Assembly: GCF_000143415.4 (NCBI RefSeq)
Contig: NW_003314330.1
Location: 836,089-900,088 of the forward strand
Source of the DNA: Selaginella moellendorffii
Lineage: Eukaryota > Plantae > Lycopodiophyta
Length of the DNA stretch: 64,000 nucleotides
Reading direction: 5' to 3'
Shown: positions 11,829 to 22,688 of the stretch, in pieces
Position numbering within the stretch: position 1 is the first letter of the stretch
How the letters are laid out: every line of letters starts with the position of its first letter
Program-made: the position numbers and the translations under genes
The notes under the pieces: generated by a model
The model's input: only the letters and a program-made list of their open reading frames with translations
Told to the model about the DNA's origin: nothing
Database searches by the model: none

Positions 11829-12663
11829 TCACGCGTACTCATCAGCTTGTGCTTGAAGAAGATTTGCTCGTTCCGAAGGCACAGATCTTCTGCCTGGAGA
11901 AATGTTTTAGATCGATCACCAAAAACCAAAAGAAAAAAACGAATCAAAGCATACCACAGAAGGCAATTGTGGCGATGAAGAGCATGGAAAGCCCCGAGAC
12001 GAGAAGATCCGCGCCAAAGATCACTCCCAGGAGAACCAGCCCAAACTTGGGAGCTAGAATCAAAATGGCAAACGCCAGAATCACCGAAAGAATCCCACTG
12101 GCGAGAACAGCGGGCCACGATGTCATGTTTCGGACTTGACAAGCCATCAACGATTTCAACAGTCCCTGTGATAGAACAAAGAAAAAAAAAATGTAGTTTG
12201 GCTAGAGTAAAGCTCGAGTTGGATCACTTACATGAACTAGAAACCATCCAGAGAGAACGTAGACGAGTGCCATGCCACCTTCAATCGGCTTGATCAGCAT
12301 CAAAAGTCCAATTCCCAGGTGTAGAATCCCCAGCAGCAAAAACGATGTAGTTCCTGGAGCTCCACACACGGCGATGAACTGGACGATCGAGAAAACGCCG
12401 CCCAGGATGAGCAGCCATGCAATGAGCTGCTCCACCGCCAGAGCAAACACCAGAGGGAAAAGAATTCCTATTATGCCAGCGATGATGAAGAGGATGGCAT
12501 AGATCCCCAGGTACAGGGATAGCTTGCTCAGGTGCTCCTCTGGAACAAAATCTGTGAGCGTTCGCACCGGGAGAGTGATGAAGTACGTGCGATCTCGCTC
12601 TTGCGGAGGGGGTTGATCACTGGCATGATAATCTCCACTGTCGTTGCGCCCATTCTCCGCCAT
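11829..12663 (-). CDS. HdeD/DUF308-like polytopic membrane protein, 3 exons
   Basis: Repeated helical hairpins (GIIGILFP..LIAWLLILGGVFSIV; GILHLGIGLLMLIKP; GVIFGADLLVSG); putative last exon RRSVPSERANLLQAQADEYA*. Confidence 0.7.
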
Positions 12664-13099
12664 TGCGACTGAAACCCTGGATCGATCGATCGAAAAGCCC
12701 TAAACAGGTAAAGAACACTATGATAGCGCACTGCCCTAAAAGCACAGCACGTGTCCACACACTTGTCCCCAGCTTTCTTTTCCACGATCCTCCAAAGATG
12801 TTTTAAGCTACCTTCCCGCCACATGGTTAATGATCCTTGAAAGTGTATGGGTGGGCATGAAGGTGGCAGTCAATCTGGATGGCATTATATTCTGGACCGT
12901 TGTACCACCAATGTAATAGTGTATTCTGATGCATGTATCCAGCCTGGATGTGATTGGCCATTTTGATTGCTATATGGCTACTACAGTCCAAGACTCATTG
13001 TTGTATATTCAGATGTAAAGTATTATATGGAGTTCTAGAGTTAAAGGGAAACCACATGGGAAAACTTGACAAAAGAATTTAAATTAACCATATCAAAAT

Positions 13100-14320
13100 G
13101 TACTGTAAATTCATAATTTTGTAGTTTGAAAAGTGGTATGAAAAGCTGTTTCCCAAATAATTTCTAAATCTCGTTTTAAATTTAAATACTTTTTCTAAGC
13201 GTGTGATGTAGTATTACAGCTGTATAATGGTGATAAAAAACAAATAAGTTCAAGTTTTATATGCTCTTATATAAATTATATACTATTTAATATTTCCAGT
13301 AGGTTGTACTTATGTACACTAATAGGTTGTACTTCAAACTAAAAATAGTGAAGCTCATTACTATGATATATATACTTTGGGTATTAAGATCCTAATGTTT
13401 ATGATAAGGTAAAACAAGTAAAAGTTTCAATTGAATTTTTTATTTGGCAGATATTCACAGAATATTATTATTATTTTATGGTGGGGATTTTGGCTTAAAA
13501 TCATTTTATAGTGTTTATAAACAAATACAACACCACATTCAATGGGGGCAGGGGGGAGGCCTAACAGCTCATCTAAATGAAAATGTGGTAAATCTAGTTG
13601 CTATAAACCTGGGCCAGGGCATTGAGATGGAGCAGCTGTTTGCAGGGAATAAATGCATGCTATGCACCTTTGTATTATGTAGGTGAATTTGAGTGCTTGA
13701 TTGTCAGATGGTACAGGATAGTGGGAAGAAGAATAGAATGAATATTGGGATAAGGGATCCTTGTCCTCGCAGCAGATGCTCAATTGAGCAAAAATTGGAT
13801 GCCAGTGGATCCATCATGCAAATGGTGCTGTCTCTCTAGCACATGATGAGAGGTATGTGGATTATATTGAGCAGCTCCTGGGTCAAAAATCTAAAGGGTT
13901 GTTGCTATGCTGTCCAGGAAAGAACCAGTTTTGACAAAGAATGGTTTGGGCATAACTTGTTGAAGAAAAATCCAATTATCACTAGTATATGTGCTCCTTT
14001 TTGTTGTTGAGAGGCAGCAATGATTCAACATTGCCAACTTGACACAAGAGGAAAGATGATGGGCATCTAGTTGGTGGGGAAGGGACTACAGGGGTGGAGG
14101 TCAGACTTAAAATTCTATATTATTTATAAATTAATTCTAAAATTTAAAAAAAATTCAAAAATATTAATTTAGAACTTTATAAATGATGTTTTGCTATTTT
14201 TACTGGGAAAATTTTTGCTTATAATATAACAGGCAAAAATGGACTTTTTTAATACTTCTTTTGTGTTAAACTTTGAATTGTATGTATTTACATTTTACAA
14301 AAGCTTGAACTTAACAACCT
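13100..14320 (+). pseudogene. Hog gene copy B, decayed and interrupted by a LINE-like fragment
   Basis: CTVNS* then KSCFP (13141-13155), DVVLQLYNGDKKQI, VVLQTKNSEAHYYDIY; exon 4/5 remnants at ~14180-14320. Confidence 0.7.
13540..14100 (+). mobile_element. Probable LINE 3' fragment (zf-RVT-like) inside Hog copy B
   Basis: GC-richer insert; ~13755-13830 translates ILVLAADAQLSKNWMPVDPSCKWCC, resembling the LINE ORF2 C-terminal zinc finger. Confidence 0.4.
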
Positions 14321-14328
14321 TCTTAAAC

Positions 14329-14770
14329 AGGTGATGCAATAATGGCAATAAAGGAAATAAAAAGAAAATAATATCAAAGATAAGGTTTATTAACTTTTTT
14401 GGGTATATTAGAACTTAATCTCTTATAGTAGTTGCAATTTGAAATTCAAATACTACAAGGTCAAATAGATTATTCTGATATATATGATTTCAGACATCAT
14501 AGATATTTTATTTATATTAACATTGAAAGTATAAAAGTGTTATTTTCATTTTATAATTTCATAAACATGTAAATTTCTTATTTAATTTTTATATAAAATC
14601 ATCTATAAATATGCTATTGATATTACTATGATGTATTAGTTTTTTTAGAATCAGGAAAAGTTTTATCCTATAATGTAACTGGTAAGAAAATATTTAATCT
14701 ATCAATTTCAACAAAAACATAGACTTTATAGCCCATTGACATTTAATTGTTAATGATATTGTTGAATCTG
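14329..14770 (+). pseudogene. Hog gene copy C, decayed (exons 2-5 remnants)
   Basis: cag|gtgatgcaat..gataag|gttt, tattctgatatatatg, atctataaatatgctattgatattac, ttaattgttaatgatattgtt are collinear with the intact copy; deletions and frameshifts. Confidence 0.75.
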
Positions 14771-15270
14771 CTTTCATCTTTACTTTTGTATATTTTTCTC
14801 CTTCAATCAAACTTCCAGCATGTAAAGTAAATAATAAAAGTATTATCTTTACAATAAACCAACTCAAACACTGAAATACCACAGAGATCTTTGGACCCGC
14901 AGTTTACAATAAATTGTCAACCTGGAGGTGGCGTTGAAGCGAACCGTACAGCATTGAAGCGAACAAAAGGAGCGCTGTTACAGCATAACAAACGGCCCCG
15001 GCAACAACATATGTGAGGGAGACACCGGAGAGCCAGCTGAGGAGCAGCACCGGCGGAGGACAATCAGCACAATGAGGCAGCAGCAAAGAGGGCATCACAG
15101 CGACCGCGCGGAGGAGGAAATGGTGGCCAAGATCAAGCATTTTTTAACCCATCTGTCACAAACAGAATAGAACTAAAGTTTTGACCTGAGGATCTCTCTG
15201 ATTTTTTGTTTAAACCATTAAATTTGAAACTTACAACGGTACAACAAATATGCTTGTGGAGGGTTTAGCT

Positions 15271-16322
15271 ATGGTGTCTTATGAGGAGGAACGACGGCGA
15301 CGGGTAGAGGAGAACAAGAAGCGATTGAAGGTAAGCCACTTTCCTAGCTTGGCCATGGACCAAGCCATAAAAGAAAATCCTCTTTCACTGCTGCTTGCAG
15401 GAACTGGGTATAGCGGAGATCAGCAAGGAGATCGCCCAGCAGACCACACAAAGGGCTTCCAAGAACCAAGTAAGCTTCACAAAACTCGCTGCTTCTAGGC
15501 CATTTCCCACATCGATTGATCCAGGCGAGGAAACGTTGCTCAAGGTCAGCTGAGAAATCCGTCTTGTTTGTACGGAGGTCTTCTCGAGTCTCATCGAATC
15601 CTCGTCCAAACTACAAACTGGTAGAATAGTATCTCTCGTCTTCCTTTCCAAGATAATCTGTTGTTCTTGGATCACAGGATGACGAGCCCCGTCTGCCTCG
15701 AAGAAGGTATGTCTCCCACGAGCTCTAGAAATTTTCTAAGACGTTTCTCGCAGTTCTGGGCGATCGTCTCGAATATCTCCAACCAGCTTTTGCTCACAGG
15801 AGGACAGAATGGCAGCGATTGAGGCCGCGGAAAAGATCCAGCAAAGTTTAGATCGTCCTTCCACCGTCAAGACGATGCTCCAGTCCCACGTCTCTGGAGG
15901 ATTCTGGCTGGTAAATCTCCTGTTTGAGCATGCTAGCGAAAGATTAACAAGAAAGAGATCTTCTTGCAGAGCTTACCACTCTCATTTGCGAAGAAACACT
16001 TGCCAAAGAAGGACACGATGATCACCCTCGAAGACAGCGACGGGCAGGAGTCCGAGTCCTTTTATTTGGCGTACAAGAACGGACTTAGCGGCGGATGGCG
16101 TGGTTTCTCCATTGATCACAAGCTGCAAGACGGCGATGCTCTCGTCTTCGAGCTCATGGAACCTACACGTCTCAAGGTCAGTTCATAGAAGGCGAAATGA
16201 GAAAACTTCTTACAGTGGCTTTGTCTACACAGGTTCACATTTTTCGAGCTGCCGACTACCAAAGGATTCAAGGCAAAAGCATCACAGATAAGGCACAGCT
16301 TGCAAAAAGGAGCCGCAGGTAG
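15271..16322 (+). CDS. REM-type B3 DNA-binding domain protein, multi-exon
   Basis: MVSYEEERRRRVEENKKRLKELGI; KTMLQSHVSGGFWLSLP..GLSGGWRGFSIDHKLQDGDALVFEL..VHIFR. Confidence 0.88.
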
Positions 16323-16525
16323 ACTAGAAAGATGACAATGTTTGCTCTTTACAGCTAGTTCTTGTCATTACATCTATCAATGCAAAGAAAAGGAAATCAA
16401 GCACAAAATCAATGCAATACATAAAAAGCTAGCAGAAAAATCATTATATTTAAGAAACAAAGAGAAATTATTTTTGTTTATTACGAACAGAATATTATTC
16501 TTTTAATATTTATAGTTTTATATTT

Positions 16526-17545
16526 TTAGTTTAATACTTTTGTTTTCCAAATGAGTTTCCACAATATTCCAGCTCCAATAATATAGTTAATTATTATTTC
16601 ATTACTATTAAGAAAATGATATAACTGTAGGTAAGATTTAGTATTTAGAGTCTTATATAAAACTCGAATAGGATATAAAATAATTTGATATACATAAGGT
16701 AATAAAGAGCTTAATTTGAAAAACTTAAATATATTATCTAAAAACCAATCACTATGTGGTGATACAATAATATCATTAACAATTAAATCTCCAAATAATG
16801 TAAATGGGTTATAAAGTCCATGCTTTTGTATAATGTAAATACCTAAAATTTACAAATAAATCAAAATAAACTTATTCCAATTTAATTACTTACTTGTTAT
16901 ATTATAAGTTAAAACTTTTCCTAATTTTTCATTTAAAGATAACAATATATCATTTGTGGTAATGTCAATTGCATATTTATAGATTATTGAACCTACACAA
17001 GAATTGAATAGAAATAAATTTCTATTTTAAACACTTTTACCTTTTTTGGATACAATTGGAATAAAGTGTAAAGGGGACAATTCAATACTTTTATTATTTT
17101 CAATATTAATATGAATAAAGTCTTCATAAGCATTGGGATCTTGATGGCCAAAAGCATATATATCAGAAAAGTCTATTTCACCATTTTTAGTTTGAATTGC
17201 AACCTGTTAGAAAAAGCTAATGTCAATTTTCATACACATAGAAAAAGTATAAATATATAAAACTGTAAACCTTATCTCCAATAGCTATATCTTGAATTTT
17301 CTTTTTATTCCCATTAATAAGTGTTAATATTGCATCACCTGTTAGCAAAGAAAGATTAATTTAAGTTAACAACAAGATTAATAGAACAACATTAAGAAAT
17401 TACCTGGAAAACACTTCTTTGATTTTTTGCAAATTTGATTTACACATTTATAACCGCTAAGACATTGTGAATTTATAAGACATGAATAAATTTGATTTGG
17501 TAAAACATAAAGCACAAACAAAATATAAAATATAAAACTTTTCAT
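16526..17545 (-). CDS. Secreted Hedgehog-like Hog precursor: signal peptide + 4-Cys micro-peptide + Hint + SRR-like tail (262 aa, 5 exons)
   Basis: Exons 17545-17404, 17338-17271, 17203-17041, 16992-16894, 16842-16526 (789 nt, all GT-AG, no internal stop). MKSFIFYILFVLYVLPNQIYS-CLINSQCLSGYKCVNQICKKSKK|CFPGDAILTLINGNKKKIQDIAIGDKV..SDIYAFGHQD..IELSPLHFI..YAIDITTND..GLYNPFTLFGDLIVNDIIVSPHS..LLPYVYQIILYPIRVLY. Confidence 0.88.
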
Positions 17546-17571
17546 TTTGAAGATATGTTATTAGGAAATAA

Positions 17572-18412
17572 AGATGTCAAGCTCTTTAAATTTAAGCCAC
17601 TCATGTGCACCAATCCAAACGTGACAACAAAAATATAATGCCATATGGCCAAACCATGTACTCCTAAAATATAAAACATTAAAGATAAGGGTTTAACAGC
17701 TATTATCTCTTTGTCTACTTTGATAAGTGAGCCACTTTATGTCTCTATTATAACTAGAATCCATAACTGTGTTATAGGACAAAGCAGCTTATGCTTCCAT
17801 CAATAGGTTAAAAACTCCAGTAAATATAACTAGAATCCATAGGTGTATTAGACGATGTCAAGGATTGAACTCCAGTAAAGTCAGGCTCTTTAAATTTAAA
17901 CCACCTATGTGCACCAATCCAAACGTTAGAACAAGAATGTAGTGTCATATAGCCAAACCATGTACCTATAAGACACAAAAAATAAAGGCTTAACAAATAC
18001 TATGTCTTATCTACTTAGAATCCACAAGAATGTAGTCTTAATGTGGCCAAACCATGTACTCCTAAAATATAAGACACAAAAGCTCAAGGCTTATGTCAAG
18101 GATTTAACTCTAGTTAAGTCAGGCTCTTTAAATTTAAGTCACCTATATGCACCAATTCAAACGTTATAACAAGAATGTAATGTTATATGCCAAACCATGT
18201 ACTCCTAAAATACAAGACACAAAAAATAAGGGCTTAACAGCTACTATTTCTTGTTTACTTTGATAGGTGAGCCACTTTATGTCTTTATTATAACTAGAAT
18301 CCACAAAAATATAGTGTCATGTGGCCAAACTATATACTCCTGAAATATACAACACAAAATATAAAGGCTTAACTTTAATAGGTGAGCCATTTTATATCCC
18401 TATTATAACTAA
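17572..18412. repeat. Complex tandem repeat array upstream of the Hog gene
   Basis: gctctttaaatttaa..gcaccaat.caaacg at ~17581, 17885 and 18123; ccaaac.at.ta..c.taa subunit at ~17649, 17953, 18047, 18189 and 18324. Confidence 0.8.
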
Positions 18413-19057
18413 AAAAACTAGGGCACATTAAAAACTCTCTTGAATTTAGATTTCACAAGGCTAACATGGATGCATTTGCAATCTTGAAGACATGGATCCT
18501 CCTGCCTTACGCACCAAGAACTCTTGATCATGGATAGGCTCATGAAAGCAGTTGCTAGAGAGAAATGTAATTCCCATCCTTCTGGACTAGAAACTCTTCC
18601 TTGTCACCAAAGAAAACGGTAGCACCAATAGATGAGAAATCCTGCCAACCTCCACTCCATCGACCCATTCTTCTGGATGAGATCAATTTTGATGCTGGCT
18701 TTCCACCAGATTAGAATCCACTCCACCACCAACATGAATTATTATCTCCTGTTCTGGAGGTGGTAGTCCACACGGACATTTTAAAAGTAGAATTTGAAAT
18801 TATCCACTTCATTTTCTATTAGAATTTATATGCCTTTCTATTACTGAACTTGATTTAATTCAATTTTTTCCTATAAATTGTAGATGCCGAGGGGCTGTTG
18901 GGAACTTGCATCCTTTAGGAATTTGAGAAGCCGTGGCTGAACTTGCTTTCCCATGGCCATAGCCATTTGACGTTGGACAAGGCCAGCCTGCGGCACCTTA
19001 GAAACAATGGAAAATCCACAGGAGAGCTCGGGTGCCAGTGCCCGGACAAATGCCGAA

Positions 19058-19543
19058 GGGACAAGACCGAGTAACTGCCCTTTCTACTTGAAGATGGGTG
19101 CCTGTTGACATGGGACCGATGCTCGAGAGCACCTAAGCAGAGCTGCACTTTGCTGCTCAACAATTTGTATCAAAGCCCAGAGATCAACCCCGGTCAGGCA
19201 TACAGAAACACTGCCATCCCCAAGGAAGAGCTCCAGAAGGACTTGGATGCGTTCTACCTACAAGGACGTGTTTAAGGAGGTGAGCAAGCACAGCAAGGTG
19301 GACGCACTCAAGATCTCCAACAACTTCGGCAACCATCTGGCTGGGAATGTTTACGTCCAGTTTTGGCATACGGTTGCAGCTATGGCGGCGCTGAACGGGA
19401 GATTTTACTCCGGGCGACGATCGCGGCCTAGTTCTCCCCCGTGACAGATTTTCGCGAGGCATCTTGCCGGCAGGGGTGCAGCCGGGGTGGATGCTGCAAC
19501 TTCTTGCACCTTTATCATCCTAGCAAAGCTCTGATGAGGGAGC
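19058..19543 (+). pseudogene. U2AF small subunit (U2AF35) pseudogene, left arm of an inverted pair
   Basis: Frameshifted CPFYLKMG-type zinc finger, [42 protein letters not shown]. Confidence 0.85.
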
Positions 19544-19946
19544 GTGAATTTGACTTTCGCACAACCAGTTGAACTAGAAAAAGATACGAGGCAATGGATG
19601 GGTGGCTGCAGGCACAACGCAAATTGATTGGAGGACATCTCATTCCGTTGATTCCTCTGACACACGCTGCTACCATCGCCATCGCCGCCGTCCTTTGTTG
19701 ACTGGGAGTTGCCGGCTCCATCAAGTCGAGCGATCTCCGGAGGGGGCATTGGCCGGTGATCATGCATCACGAACCAGTCTGGACGTTTGCTCGTCAAGCT
19801 TCCGGACGAGGATTAAACCATCCGGAGACGCAATCATTACAGACTCCCTCATGTAGTTCCAGCACTCGGACGGGGTATGCTCCACGGCACTCGGAGACAC
19901 CCTGCGCCTCTGCGTCCTAAGGCTCTTCGAATCGAAAGAACCTTCA

Positions 19947-20395
19947 GCTCCCTCATCAGAGCTCTGCTAGGATGATAAAGGTGCAAGAAGTTGCAGCATC
20001 TGCCGCGGCTGCACCCTCCTTGCTCCTCCTGCCGGCAAGACGCCTCGCGAAAATCCGTCACGGGGGAGAGCTCGGCCGCGATCGAGCGCCGGAGTAAAAC
20101 CTCCCGTTCAGCTGCTCCTCCGAAACTGGACGTCGAAGTTGTTGCAGATCTTGACCTTGCCGTCCTCACCTCCTTAAACACGTCCTTGTGGGTAGAACGC
20201 ATCCAAGTCCTCTAGAGCTCTTCCTTGGGGATGGCAGTGTTTCTGCATGCTTGACCGGGGGTGACATTGATACATGTTGTTGAGCAGCAAAGTGCAGCTC
20301 TGTTTAGGCTTTACGTGCGCTCTCGAGCATCGATGCCTATGTCGACAGGCGCCCATCTTGAGGTAGAAAGGGCAGGTCACTCGGTCTTGTCCTTC
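19947..20395 (-). pseudogene. U2AF35 pseudogene, right arm
   Basis: [30 protein letters not shown]; [31 protein letters not shown]; internal deletions. Confidence 0.85.
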
Positions 20396-20893
20396 CTAAG
20401 TCTCAAGAGGAGCTCTTACTCGGGTGATTCATTTCGTTCTTTGTTTTGAAACCTTGACTGAATTTTTCTGTTTGGCCGGATAGAAACATAAATGGCGAGT
20501 TTTGACTGTTTACATGTTTAGCCGTGTTCCAGAGGATCTAAATCTAACAAGAGAACCCAGTGGGACCGAGGGGAAAGCAAAAGCCTTTTGCACTGGAAGT
20601 AAGCACGCTTTTGCACTTTCTTTCCCCTTCTAAATGATTTTTAATCTTCTTCCAGAGACTGGGGAGAGGGCACACTGCACTGATCTTCAAGGTAAGCATT
20701 CCTAGCAATCGATTTGTCGCTGAGAAGATTAACTGGTAGGTGAGTGTTGCTTCCTTACAGCCATGGCTTCCTTGCTTTTTCATGCAAGCCAGATCGCTGA
20801 GAAGCAAAGAAGCAGCAGCCGCTCAAGTGCATTTAAGGAGGACAGCGGCTGGGTAGTGTCATTGAGGTCTTCCTGTTGGTGACAATTGTAGCC

Positions 20894-22405
20894 ATGGCTG
20901 GAGGGGATGAGGTTCCGGAAATGGGATTCGTGGAGAGAAGCGGATGCCAGTTTACGATCAACGGAGAACCATTCTACTTCAACGGATGGAACTCGTATTG
21001 GCTCATGGCGAGATCTGTGGACGAAGCCAACAGGATCAATGTCCAAGACATGCTCAAGGAAGCCGCTGGACTCGGCCTCACGGTGTGCAGGACTTGGGCC
21101 TTCAACGACGCTGGCTACGAGGCATTGCAGCTTTCCCCTGGCAAGTATGACGAGAAAGTCTTCCAGGTTGGTGCTTTTTGTAAAAGTTGTGTGGTTTTAA
21201 ACATGCTGTTGAGATGCCAGGCCTTGGACTATGCGATCGAGCAAGCAAAGCAGTATGGAATACGACTGCTGCTCGTTTTTGTAAACAACTGGGACGACTA
21301 TGGTGGAAAGTCACAATACTGCAAGTGGGCTCGAGAGGCGGGTGTGGACGTTGATACTTCCACCACAGATAGTTTCTTCTCGAGCCCCTCCACGAAAGAT
21401 TTCTACAAAGCGCATATCAAGGTACAAAAGCTGTCATTTCTGCGCAGCACTTAAAACTTGGCTTGTTTGGGAGCTGCAGGCGATTGTGACAAGAGTTAAC
21501 AGCATCAGCGGGATTCCATACTCGGAAGATCCCACCATTTTTGGATGGGAGCTTATGAACGAGCCGAGGTGCCTTGCCGACAAAACTGGAGATCTGCTTC
21601 AGGCATGCTTTGAAAATGCAGAGAAACTCTTATCTGCTAAACTTTTACTCTTTCCTGGCAGCACTGGATCGAAGAAATGGCGGACTATGTAAAATCGCTC
21701 GACTCCAAGCATCTCCTTACAGTAGGACTAGAAGGTTTCTACGGAAAGTCCAGCCCCGAGAGCCTCGTTGCAAATCCTCAGGATTGGTGCCAGTACCTTG
21801 GCTGCGATTTCGTGAGAAACCACTTGGTGCCGAGCATTGACTTTGCGACAATACATGCGTACCCCGATGCATGGTAAGTAGAAAGAATGGAAACTTTTCT
21901 CATGTTTTCCTGGTTTTGTTCCAGGAGATCGGACTTGGACATTACTGGACTGATGAAACAGTTCAAGCGATGGGTGAGAATGCACGCGCAGGACACTGAG
22001 GAAAAGCTCCAAATGCCGCTCGTCATCGCGGAGTTCGGCCTCTCGAATCGATTTGGAGTGCGATGCCAGCGACACATGTTTAAGTCCCTCTTCGACGTCG
22101 TCTACGAGTCCTCCATCCTGGGAGGAGCAGCGGCTGGAACAATGATCTGGCAGCTCCTTCCGGAAGGTATGGATGGATTCAAGGACTCATACGCGATCGT
22201 TGCTTCGCAGGAGCCAGTGATCTCCAAGCTCCTGGCTTTGCAGTCGCAGCGCTTGAAGCTCGCGATCGAGCTCCATCGCACGAATCAGTGCCTTCTCGTG
22301 GAAGACGAAGTGGAAGGAAAAGAAGAAGAGAAAGAAGAAAGCTGGCTCTTTGGTCTCAAGAAGCTCTCCATATGCGGAGCTGGTCATAACAAGTACTCCA
22401 TTTAA
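20894..22405 (+). CDS. MAN: GH5 endo-beta-1,4-mannanase, 5 exons
   Basis: FNGWNSYWLM, TVCRTWAFND, NNWDDYGG, catalytic WELMNEP and IAEFG, IHAYPD. Confidence 0.92.
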
Positions 22406-22688
22406 ATTGGCACAACTCGCAACCGAGAAATGAATATTCCGCTATCGTTAATAAGACTTGACGGCATTCACTTCACTCTTTGTCCACTAGGGTTTAGATC
22501 TGCCGCTTGGGAGGGCCAAGCGAGGCGAGAGATCCGGCGCTCCTCACCAGATCGGAGCTACGCGCGGCTCTCGGCGTGAGCTCCTCCTTTGGATCTGCGG
22601 GAGCATTGGTTTGATCTCTTGTATTTCCTTCCGCAGGAGCTGGGCAGCTGCGAGCCGGATTTGAGGCGCTTAGGCTGCGCGGGGCAAC

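Noticed and set aside
14904-15140. 78-aa hydrophobic ORF
   Set aside because: No recognisable family and uncertain start; may be a gene fragment
16526-17420. Self-splicing intein
   Set aside because: No terminal His-Asn followed by Cys/Ser/Thr and no split host protein; the Hint is followed by an SRR-like tail, so it is Hog-type
17572-18412. Possible CRISPR-like array or repeat-encoded peptide (ORF 17808-17996)
   Set aside because: Units are long, degenerate and nested with no unique spacers; eukaryotic context; no frame conserved across units
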